Assembly (NCBI GenBank): GCA_051294905.1
Contig: CM119377.1
Coordinates: 15,128,001 to 15,192,000, forward strand
Length of the DNA: 64,000 bases
Direction: 5' to 3'
Origin: Botryllus schlosseri
Lineage: Eukaryota
This document shows positions 63,101 through 64,000 of this stretch, piece by piece. The notes beneath the pieces are model-generated. The model ran no database searches. It saw nothing but the letters and a program-made list of their open reading frames with translations, and was not told the origin of the DNA. Each line of letters opens with the position of its first letter. The stretch's first letter is position 1. A program made the translations under genes and the position numbers.

Positions 63101-63460
63101 AGCGCGACAAAAAATTCACGAATGTAGTCGCGTCGTAATTTTGACCAAAAGAAAAGAATCATATAGTCACAATTCTTTGTGAAGTGGAGTGAAAATTCAA
63201 AATAATCTCCCAACCCCCATTTTCAAATCCGAAATCTTACCGAACAGAGATAGCAATCCAGCTCCCTCAGATAAATATATTCCATTCGCGCTTCAGGGAT
63301 CCGTTTTCTTCCCCATACCGGACGGCGGCGGAATCCTGTACAACCTACAAGGCCAAGCCGACCCGCCGAAACCCGTGGCCAGCATCTCCCGGGACATCCC
63401 ATGCAAAACAGCCTACACCGAACTACTGCAAGTGGCGAACTGGCTTCGGAAGCCACAGAG
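24..63460 (+). CDS. HYDIN: HYDIN axonemal central pair apparatus protein, internal partial gene (57 exons, ~3,260 aa; start and stop outside window)
   Basis: Spliced translation gives HYDIN-type motifs recalled from vertebrate HYDIN: FNVELDRVK, VQCGQC, IARHLGIDL..GKAARNRRGIAIIVHG, SCVLPEDLL, LGLGPQGPPIPPPA, FEFGPLLCGK, WDDR..VKW, YCHFEL..SDY, NWLRKPQR, plus repeated ASH/Ig-like segments. All junctions are GT-AG and the phase is continuous across 57 exons. Confidence 0.97.
386..956. mobile_element. Fold-back (long inverted repeat) non-autonomous element
   Basis: ~225-bp outer arms (catggaacgg...ttttgcagcttcgttccgcttcgc vs gcgaagcggaacgaagctgcaaaa...ccgttccatg) plus an inner inverted repeat; superfamily unclear. 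Confidence 0.8.
1016..1210 (+). CDS. HYDIN: HYDIN exon 2
   Basis: tttag| IVGGPQICMKLQAHVTIPELE...VQCGQCKV...HKTEK |gtaagt. Confidence 0.93.
1581..2100. mobile_element. hAT-type MITE with GACTCGAGTC subterminal repeats
   Basis: TIR CAGGGTTGTAA/TTACAACCCTG; TSD tgacaatg/cgacaatg (7/8). Related left-end pieces at 62045 and ~63840. Confidence 0.85.
2395..2544 (+). CDS. HYDIN: HYDIN exon 3
   Basis: ttttccag| LDKHVPMHLRKK...GQRMNVQVKFMPTEE |gtgggt. Confidence 0.93.
2886..3125 (+). CDS. HYDIN: HYDIN exon 4
   Basis: ttcag| KIYSQRLVIRIAQS...FPVEIYSLDFDKQYLMEEK |gtaaag. Confidence 0.93.
3257..3351 (-). mobile_element. Penelope terminal repeat fragment
   Basis: gaatagtatcttcatattgaaatgaacctgaatattctcggctgacacccgtcaggggtaatcgtcag...; hammerhead core mutated. 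Confidence 0.75.
3424..3583 (+). CDS. HYDIN: HYDIN exon 5
   Basis: cacag| ILRMMRGYDENQNILLPPRLPGDDLPQELLEFY...EAD |gtaggc. Confidence 0.92.
3851..3884. repeat. (TCTA)/(TCTG)n microsatellite
   Basis: ctatctatctgtctgtctgtctgtctgtctgtct. Confidence 0.9.
3985..4163 (+). CDS. HYDIN: HYDIN exon 6 (low-complexity linker)
   Basis: ctaag| SQYAANDGADEEDLVPASGAAS...YNPENEQ |gtgtga; open frame, phases 1/0 fit neighbours; acceptor weak. Confidence 0.7.
4245..4471 (+). mobile_element. SINE family B, diverged 5'-truncated copy
   Basis: cctacccaagtgttgggg...gctacaaggcggcagc...ggcctgatgtaagtgacc...caccatgactaccacaa aligns to the 60128 copy. Confidence 0.65.
4607..4697 (+). CDS. HYDIN: HYDIN exon 7
   Basis: gtttag| DEETSPHPSEKKTSTSVARKESDVKVENDQ |gtaagt. 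Confidence 0.8.
5153..5305 (+). CDS. HYDIN: HYDIN exon 8 (start of P-loop/adenylate-kinase-like region)
   Basis: ttttgtag| SSVGVGELETLNSPVSLAIARHLGIDLTAEGKAARNRRGIAIIVHGPPMS |gtaatg. Confidence 0.93.
5392..6107. mobile_element. hAT (Charlie/Buster-like) MITE, family 1
   Basis: CAGGGGTGGCCAACC...GACCGGCCCTG; TSD gtctagtg/gtctaatg; full-length paralogue at 19372. Confidence 0.88.
6398..6498 (+). CDS. HYDIN: HYDIN exon 9
   Basis: tttacag| (E)TTTTSVHLAKAYGAARMTIDDIVLEAISNGNTE |gtattt. Confidence 0.9.
7388..7514 (+). CDS. HYDIN: HYDIN exon 10
   Basis: tattcag| AGLKAREMCAMMARGQKEDDG...TAHTGQ |gtgagg. Confidence 0.88.
7690..8010 (-). mobile_element. SINE family A (tRNA head, Meta-domain-like body)
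   Basis: Reverse complement aligns with 16213-16500 (aaactggtatccgtggctccccagcttggcgctcagcatt...aagacttagaaag). Confidence 0.7.
8510..8646 (+). CDS. HYDIN: HYDIN exon 11 (alternative in-frame acceptor possible at 8471)
   Basis: tacttccag| PKAGAASVISTKKASVVSKQPQ...HTGSH |gtaagg. Confidence 0.8.
9008..9148 (+). CDS. HYDIN: HYDIN exon 12
   Basis: tttatag| VASSPPPFAAPIARKLSVSASVAGEDGLMSCVLPEDLLVDILQERLQ |gttggt. Confidence 0.93.
9232..9415 (+). CDS. HYDIN: HYDIN exon 13
   Basis: catcacag| LNDCHHGVIFDSLDTLF...INNRKYIYFV...KEEDD |gtacgg. Confidence 0.93.
9661..9951 (+). CDS. HYDIN: HYDIN exon 14 (charged coiled coil)
   Basis: cattcag| KSALLKEEQEKQALEDMDEDQYDSLP...GKRSIS |gtgaga. Confidence 0.92.
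10046..10193 (+). CDS. HYDIN: HYDIN exon 15
   Basis: cttacag| KNAEIPVGQAGHAGSDKKGGK...SLADEK |gtgagt. Confidence 0.85.
10655..10723 (+). CDS. HYDIN: HYDIN exon 16 (small phase 2-2 exon, possibly a cassette)
   Basis: tatatctag| RKSLHSNHDNFSSAAKLLSQLH |gtaact; 69 nt, symmetric. Confidence 0.5.
11158..11320 (-). mobile_element. Penelope terminal repeat plus short inverted fragment
   Basis: Same repeat as 22701-22894; short opposite-orientation piece at ~11297-11320. Confidence 0.75.
11224..11257 (-). ncRNA. Minimal hammerhead motif, second intact copy
   Basis: Minus strand ACCC-CTGATGA-G[TGTCAGC]C-GAAA-ATAT-TC-GGGT. Confidence 0.6.
12182..12289 (+). CDS. HYDIN: HYDIN exon 17
   Basis: tttatccag| SKKKKDRPLSDDEMRDKVPDEISTEKTEAEKLLQQ |gtgaga. 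Confidence 0.87.
12831..12928 (+). CDS. HYDIN: HYDIN exon 18
   Basis: tgtacag| FKAFDASQRDLASILEFWDRTSLTVNRPATPD |gtaaga. Confidence 0.92.
13682..13887 (+). CDS. HYDIN: HYDIN exon 19 (ERLE/EKE repeat)
   Basis: gttttag| TNSLALNGEDD...KEKEKLERERLERERLEKERLENERLEREKQDRERMAD |gtaaat. Confidence 0.88.
14185..14232. repeat. Degenerate (ACAAC)n simple repeat
   Basis: caacacattacaacacgcatcacaacacaacacgcaacacaacatgcaacacaacacaacac. Confidence 0.75.
14490..14627 (+). CDS. HYDIN: HYDIN exon 20
   Basis: cgttgtag| EDGESPEDQEEIKTCVPHIVV...KIPSIEE |gtgagt. Confidence 0.9.
15398..15876 (+). CDS. HYDIN: HYDIN exon 21
   Basis: cacccag| VLDGLGLGPQGPPIPPPASFSVVPYPVKRK...KLNHF |gtactt. Confidence 0.94.
15972..16122 (+). 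CDS. HYDIN: HYDIN exon 22
   Basis: gttcag| WIVAAGSEVTIRIRF...GQFDQTLNFEITGTRRRYQLFCRGVCSFPT |gtgagc. Confidence 0.94.
16213..16500 (+). mobile_element. SINE family A
   Basis: A-box-like TAGCGTAATGG and B-box-like GGTTCAATCCC; body shared with 7690-8010 and a 3' fragment near 49255-49365. Confidence 0.7.
16787..16926 (+). CDS. HYDIN: HYDIN exon 23
   Basis: ctacag| ISREPRVVFPHRRK...FEFGPLLCGKTRE |gtggga. Confidence 0.94.
17751..17910 (+). CDS. HYDIN: HYDIN exon 24
   Basis: aattcag| YKEGRYPENMERITILNTSP...FLLDPPVMFLKPGEAK |gtaagt. Confidence 0.94.
17968..18126 (+). CDS. HYDIN: HYDIN exon 25 (after 57-nt intron)
   Basis: gtggcag| ILSLWAYPK...LVCCVRENPEPICF...LHFDK |gtatcg. Confidence 0.94.
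19006..19218 (+). CDS. HYDIN: HYDIN exon 26
   Basis: ttaccaag| VLLHRKETRTLFLRNSTMLPVQWR...KKTIRLE |gtaagc. Confidence 0.93.
19372..20079. mobile_element. hAT MITE, family 1
   Basis: CAGGGGTGGCCAACC...GGTTGGCCGGCCCTG; perfect 8-bp TSD tcttgtag. Confidence 0.92.
20343..20478 (+). mobile_element. Penelope terminal repeat (diverged)
   Basis: ctctactagctggtaacgattacccctgacgagtttcag...tgaagttctg. Confidence 0.72.
20775..20977 (+). CDS. HYDIN: HYDIN exon 27
   Basis: tattcag| VTDVDNIMGLVQTENIQVTAEAYDVALDMSFPKGADGGLDFG...YDIGF |gtgaga. Confidence 0.94.
21343..21990. mobile_element. Degraded hAT-like MITE
   Basis: Left end agtggttctcaaactgggg; right-end-like ggggggtggttcgaaaaaagttt; no clean TSD. 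Confidence 0.35.
22195..22297 (+). CDS. HYDIN: HYDIN exon 28
   Basis: tctcacag| FNLEASPANCPPIEELFSILPQKGTLIPNDRPTQ |gtaata. Confidence 0.92.
22701..23062. mobile_element. Penelope terminal repeats in inverted (fold-back) pair
   Basis: ~155-bp near-perfect arms (~22738-22894 and 22907-23062), same sequence family as 62548-63029. Confidence 0.85.
22999..23032 (+). ncRNA. Minimal type I hammerhead ribozyme motif (short palindromic stem III)
   Basis: ACCC-CTGACGA-G[TGTCAGC]C-GAA-A[ATAT]T-C-GGGT. All core nucleotides are present, with a 4-bp stem I, 1-bp stem II and palindromic AATATT stem III. Confidence 0.65.
23543..23797 (+). CDS. HYDIN: HYDIN exon 29
   Basis: ttgtcag| VQVIFRSKLEVKIQDLPLLRCQVIEPN...IENKGEFEFK |gtttgg. 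Confidence 0.93.
24779..24890 (+). CDS. HYDIN: HYDIN exon 30
   Basis: tttttcag| YTLTKMVREAPIQRPRP...SSSSRSA |gtatgt. Confidence 0.9.
25372..25538 (+). CDS. HYDIN: HYDIN exon 31
   Basis: cattcag| RGGRTGSVRQDVGMNQSRLAVGCFTVYPGFG...AKSEE |gtaagt. Confidence 0.93.
25709..25879 (+). CDS. HYDIN: HYDIN exon 32
   Basis: gttacag| FLAIDVSDRDPDDHPSGIPY...SIFEEHRIC...NNRD |gtgagt. Confidence 0.94.
26706..26816 (+). CDS. HYDIN: HYDIN exon 33
   Basis: ttaacag| LLDGCGVFAEEENKFLFSNVIVGRKTYARFKISNTNK |gtacga. Confidence 0.93.
26908..27081 (+). CDS. HYDIN: HYDIN exon 34
   Basis: ttttcag| VPVDVVLSVKPITNK...FSPPAMNSYGCIFE |gtaatg. Confidence 0.94.
27572..27622 (+). mobile_element. Penelope terminal repeat, distal fragment
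   Basis: atatgaatatatagttcaattgtacagtgaagttctgtacctcc matches the repeat end. Confidence 0.55.
27680..27929 (+). CDS. HYDIN: HYDIN exon 35 (3' boundary less certain)
   Basis: gtttcag| AAVDGLPSSIARGRNLLFEITGEGNLPRV...GTLPSKVNISLEQKVNTD |gtcagt; this donor keeps frame with next exon. Confidence 0.8.
28521..28649 (+). CDS. HYDIN: HYDIN exon 36
   Basis: gtttcag| ELDLLDEDGSDQYSAFLPDFAFSLVPHPGTNLIRPIATPGKP |gtgaga. Confidence 0.83.
29257..29426 (+). CDS. HYDIN: HYDIN exon 37
   Basis: tttccag| DAPYTTSVILQPGEAGSFDVRF...IQLFGEGFQ |gttgcg. Confidence 0.93.
30160..30396 (+). CDS. HYDIN: HYDIN exon 38
   Basis: gcaatag| EDVTFDNL...LFDDCHVSEAKERSFTITNHSEVDTVRFQ |gtaaca. Confidence 0.92.
30465..30519 (+). 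CDS. HYDIN: HYDIN exon 39
   Basis: attgcag| WDEHDHVTFSPVVGHLHA |gtaata. Confidence 0.92.
30913..32104. mobile_element. hAT MITE, family 2, carrying a nested MITE
   Basis: CAGGGGTCTCCAAC...GTTGGCGACCCCTG; perfect TSD tgctagat; paralogue in opposite orientation at 47799. Confidence 0.92.
31336..31800. mobile_element. Nested hAT-like MITE
   Basis: CAGGGGTGGCCAA...GTGCCACCCCTG; absent from the 47799 paralogue; TSD poorly conserved. Confidence 0.7.
32574..32686 (+). CDS. HYDIN: HYDIN exon 40
   Basis: tttcgtag| CSKEVTATFKSEKP...IKFEKSIES |gtaagt. Confidence 0.92.
33367..33462 (+). CDS. HYDIN: HYDIN exon 41
   Basis: ttttag| VSDWDDRLRVVKWVDVPKQVNDKQPSKPTKKK |gtaact. Confidence 0.94.
35233..35238 (-). 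terminator. Putative polyadenylation signal of nested gene
   Basis: AATAAA on the minus strand ~340 nt after the stop codon. Confidence 0.3.
35577..36866 (-). CDS. Nested intronless GKAP/DLGAP-family (GH1 domain) protein, ~429 aa; DLGAP5/HURP/Mars-like or divergent paralogue
   Basis: Uninterrupted 1.3-kb ORF. The track's start at 36881 is GTG; the first ATG is at 36866. The C-terminal third reads ATYFSNLLQK..EIRSVIGQTNLLVSDRFKQFEGLV..SDLEGFWEMISFQIEDILDKF and DARKRLKEAK, matching the GKAP homology domain as I recall it (IRSAVG.AQLL..QKF.QF.GL; DLAGFWDM...IEDV..KF; ARKRL.AAK). Confidence 0.85.
   Translation of the reverse strand: MLSRDARNNNVSHEKSVPNMAIASRIPFRRSQSLDTNRHGKQKEVVSTHSRLLCQEYATRLNGGSEDTFPGQPKRMIVTSHSAYGSIEKASGNLWTPKLEALKESTAPKIRKRVKSCPDALFRIQDDYLHDASDGIIKNIRATPSPIKKSGISTVPSDSEGYSNHQRDTTKSSRSFRSFLDLIKQKASSVSLGTLSSFRRHQNIRIQYDTFENFHALEETATETKHFNCSSDQENMQTAELNDRQSNEDATYFSNLLQKATAELEEKKVRWNAVLQDASYHTLAGEIRSVIGQTNLLVSDRFKQFEGLVRCFVNPRPGDKPIMKSDLEGFWEMISFQIEDILDKFENLEKNKVNRRPAQGPSKGNVKRSNGAGTSKVNTKGSVSARQYKDDARKRLKEAKNAMKERIVRRDNSSDDLKARILNETQSED
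36903..36941 (-). promoter_or_regulatory. Putative core promoter of nested gene (TATA-like + Inr)
   Basis: Minus strand has ATAAATA starting at 36940 and TCAGTT with its A at 36908, a 32-nt spacing; the ATG is 42 nt downstream. Confidence 0.45.
37596..38085. mobile_element. Kolobok-like palindromic MITE
   Basis: TTAA|AG...CT|TTAA termini; ~229-bp inverted arms around a ~32-bp spacer (37825-37856). Confidence 0.8.
38953..39113 (+). CDS. HYDIN: HYDIN exon 42 (after 5.5-kb intron containing nested gene)
   Basis: gttcag| VIETETEPANSVIE...FTDTMMLQSRVY |gtgggt. Confidence 0.94.
39844..39969 (+). CDS. HYDIN: HYDIN exon 43
   Basis: ttaatag| VLLQNIGEVQLEYSW...SVVTA |gtacga. Confidence 0.9.
40053..40223 (+). 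CDS. HYDIN: HYDIN exon 44
   Basis: ttttag| SATVESTVAS...PFSVTPKDGRIMPGK...FQARLVC |gtgagt. Confidence 0.92.
40330..40615. mobile_element. Repeat family with (TTAGAA)n subterminal arrays
   Basis: Starts CAGACTTGTAA; body (cattctcataagca...gcttggctcgtttcg) shared with 62120-62350. Confidence 0.6.
40812..41036 (+). CDS. HYDIN: HYDIN exon 45
   Basis: catccag| IPNKEE...GRSLMPYCHFELAESDYISGSRRNPDLPGP...VGIKNV |gtatgt. Confidence 0.95.
41700..41838 (+). CDS. HYDIN: HYDIN exon 46
   Basis: ttggcag| KFWIMNPSDATFSFVWECED...IEPKKKTE |gtaagg. Confidence 0.93.
41981..42146 (+). CDS. HYDIN: HYDIN exon 47
   Basis: aattag| ISFEYTP...ESFWRF...PFLLVGNADEP...SLLV |gtaagt. Confidence 0.93.
42537..42684 (+). 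CDS. HYDIN: HYDIN exon 48
   Basis: tttatcag| RNATRTIHLMNGE...EPMSGFVPAKS |gtaagg. Confidence 0.93.
43477..43684 (+). CDS. HYDIN: HYDIN exon 49
   Basis: gcgcag| MPIQVSY...GEVNFNVACKV...LTLNVKA...INFGE |gtatgt. Confidence 0.93.
44566..45247. mobile_element. MITE with TAGGGATGGTGTGAAC TIRs (hAT-like)
   Basis: 16-bp perfect TIR TAGGGATGGTGTGAAC/GTTCACACCATCCCTA; flanks acatac/acatgc; GGTTCAC/GAACC subterminal repeats. Confidence 0.8.
45397..45699. mobile_element. hAT MITE abutting the exon-50 acceptor
   Basis: TIR CAGTGGTTCCCAAC/GTTGGGAACCACTG; perfect TSD atatagac. Confidence 0.93.
45727..45881 (+). CDS. HYDIN: HYDIN exon 50
   Basis: ctcgacag| VELHEKAVRQLYLVNCGKHNFTYSW...RRSMDS |gtaggg. Confidence 0.88.
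45954..46125 (+). CDS. HYDIN: HYDIN exon 51
   Basis: ttcgtcag| GGQLSRRSKSK...ITISPEEGTISAG...ELILK |gtcggt. Confidence 0.88.
47532..47719 (+). CDS. HYDIN: HYDIN exon 52
   Basis: tttttcag| VSDGPTYLCHISG...FIYHAGMP...TNKDSKEN |gtatgg. Confidence 0.93.
47799..48650. mobile_element. hAT MITE, family 2, carrying a nested MITE
   Basis: CAGGGGTCGCCAAC...GTTGGTGACCCCTG; perfect TSD aactaaca. Confidence 0.93.
48147..48472. mobile_element. Nested hAT MITE
   Basis: CAGTGGTTCTCAAAC...GTTTCAGAACCACTG; TSD ccctaagc/cccttagc. Confidence 0.88.
48701..48899 (+). CDS. HYDIN: HYDIN exon 53
   Basis: gttccag| IECLYENTPHLEV...YKEVIPFQINGL...GEGTELR |gtgagt. Confidence 0.94.
49475..49914 (+). CDS. HYDIN: HYDIN exon 54
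   Basis: attgcag| VEVANPKQRMLKLG...RIPHFTEEV...FGAVVQRSSSTRRILMQNSGDIGA |gtaagc. Confidence 0.95.
50502..50594. mobile_element. Penelope terminal repeat fragments, inverted pair, diverged
   Basis: ggtacagaacttaagtatacagttgaat... followed by cgggtttacttcaatatgaatat. Confidence 0.5.
50946..51017 (+). tRNA. tRNA-Gly (anticodon TCC), intronic
   Basis: GCGTCGG/CCGACGC acceptor stem, GTTGC-CTTCCAA-GCAAT anticodon arm, CCGGG-TTCGATT-CCCGG T arm, discriminator A, and a TTTTT Pol III terminator a few nt downstream. Confidence 0.95.
51758..51977 (+). CDS. HYDIN: HYDIN exon 55
   Basis: ttctcag| FRWDADKFAPDFSIEPESGYISPGMEV...LTLTGMCVGSPPTKE |gtgaag. Confidence 0.95.
52219..52232 (+). promoter_or_regulatory. 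CTCF-like motif
   Basis: CCGGTAGATGGCGC fits the degenerate CCRSYAGRKGGCRS core; motif match only. Confidence 0.3.
55775..55880 (+). mobile_element. Left-end fragment of a TAGGG-type hAT-like MITE
   Basis: tagggttacaatatgtcctcctttt with repeated GTCCTC; no right TIR found. Confidence 0.35.
55924..57120 (+). mobile_element. SINE family B copy interrupted by a hairpin and a hAT MITE
   Basis: A box TAGCGTAGTGG, B box GGTTCGAGTCC; collinear with 60128-60410 once 55950-55992 and 56112-56998 are removed. Confidence 0.85.
56112..56990. mobile_element. hAT MITE inserted in SINE
   Basis: TIR CAGGGGTTCTCA/TGAGAACCCCTG; perfect TSD gtgtaagc. Confidence 0.92.
59890..60677. mobile_element. (CTAGAA)n-array element hosting the SINE B copy
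   Basis: CTAGAA arrays at ~59890-59950 and ~60480-60600 on either side of the SINE; ends ATACAAGTCTG, the reverse complement of the CAGACTTGTA start seen at 40330; left end not located. Confidence 0.45.
60128..60410 (+). mobile_element. SINE family B, uninterrupted copy
   Basis: tRNA-like head (TAACGTAGTGG...GGTTCGAGTCT), shared body, CAA-rich tail. Confidence 0.82.
60727..60936 (+). CDS. HYDIN: HYDIN exon 56 (after 8.7-kb intron)
   Basis: ttttcag| IVGFSCHVRSKETRSVMIANRTNLQWRLHPVIDGEYWTG...DGKKHT |gtattt. Confidence 0.95.
61078..61330 (+). mobile_element. Left portion of a hAT MITE
   Basis: cagggatcaccaacctttttcaaaccaagagctacttc; right TIR not seen. Confidence 0.5.
62045..62460. mobile_element. 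Composite GACTCGAGTC-MITE left end plus TTAGAA-family element
   Basis: First ~70 bp match 1581; remainder matches 40370-40610; ends TCCAAGTCTG; no shared TSD. Confidence 0.6.
62548..63029 (-). mobile_element. Penelope-like retroelement remnant (GIY-YIG C-terminus plus terminal repeat) with inverted terminal-repeat copy
   Basis: Minus strand ~62878-62717 translates across frameshifts as SAIGKHL / NYRDDRFRILGKGRSSFHLCALESTFIK / LCQQKEFVYHLKIVH*, the typical Penelope endonuclease C-terminus. It is followed by the terminal repeat, with an inverted copy at ~62881-63029. Confidence 0.85.
63297..63460 (+). CDS. HYDIN: HYDIN exon 57
   Basis: cttcag| GSVFFPIPDGGGILY...ELLQVANWLRKPQ(R) |gtaatt. Confidence 0.95.
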
Positions 63461-63579
63461 GTAATTTAACTCACTGTTCTATTCCGTGATGTGAGTTATA
63501 TTTAAGCCTTGGCGTAATCATTCGAGTATCAATTGCAATAATTCTAGTCGATTATTTCACGACCTTGCTTATTTCAAGA

Positions 63580-63950
63580 CAGTGCTTCCAAACCAGTGGG
63601 CCGCGAAGCTGTTACAAGTGGGTCGCAAAACTTGCATTTCTCAATGTCACAGCGTTCTATTCATTGTGTCATACAAGGCGGATTTTGGCTGCTATGGTAT
63701 AGCAAGGATAGCGATTTTATAGGCATAAAAAAAAACTTTGCAACGATGACAATTATACATGGGGCGGTTGGTCGAAAATAGATGTACCTCGATTTTTAGG
63801 TATTTCTGAATTCTGGTTATTCTCCGAGCAGAAAAAATCCAGGGTTGCGCTAGGTTCCGAGTCACAAGTCAATCTCACTTTTATAGTTTTGACTCGAGTC
63901 AAGTCCGAGTCCAAGTCAGTGATGAGAGGGTGTAGTCCAAGTCATCGTGT
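63580..63950. mobile_element. hAT-like MITE left end followed by GACTCGAGTC-family fragment
   Basis: cagtgcttccaaaccagtgggccgcg at 63580; cagggttgcg...gagtcacaagtcaatctcac at ~63840. Confidence 0.5.
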
Positions 63951-64000
63951 TCTTTACTATATTCTTCGAAGATGGAATGACATGTCTGTTTTAGCCGTCC

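Overview
Eukaryotic genomic DNA, probably from a bilaterian invertebrate; not prokaryotic, and no CRISPR. The whole window lies inside one large + strand gene, HYDIN (ciliary central-pair protein). I traced 57 GT-AG exons by hand. Their reading phases are mutually consistent and give about 9.8 kb of CDS (~3,260 aa). Both the start and the stop lie outside the window. The introns hold: (i) an intronless antisense gene encoding a ~429-aa GKAP/DLGAP (GH1)-domain protein, with its own TATA-like/Inr core promoter; (ii) a tRNA-Gly(TCC); (iii) at least 7 loci of a Penelope-like retroelement terminal repeat, often in inverted pairs, carrying a minimal hammerhead-ribozyme core, one locus keeping the GIY-YIG C-terminus; (iv) many hAT-type MITEs with 8-bp TSDs, several nested; (v) a Kolobok-like and another fold-back element; and (vi) two tRNA-headed SINE families. 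Most short ORFs in the supplied track are exon read-through, antisense shadows or repeat-derived. All coordinates and translations were read by eye.
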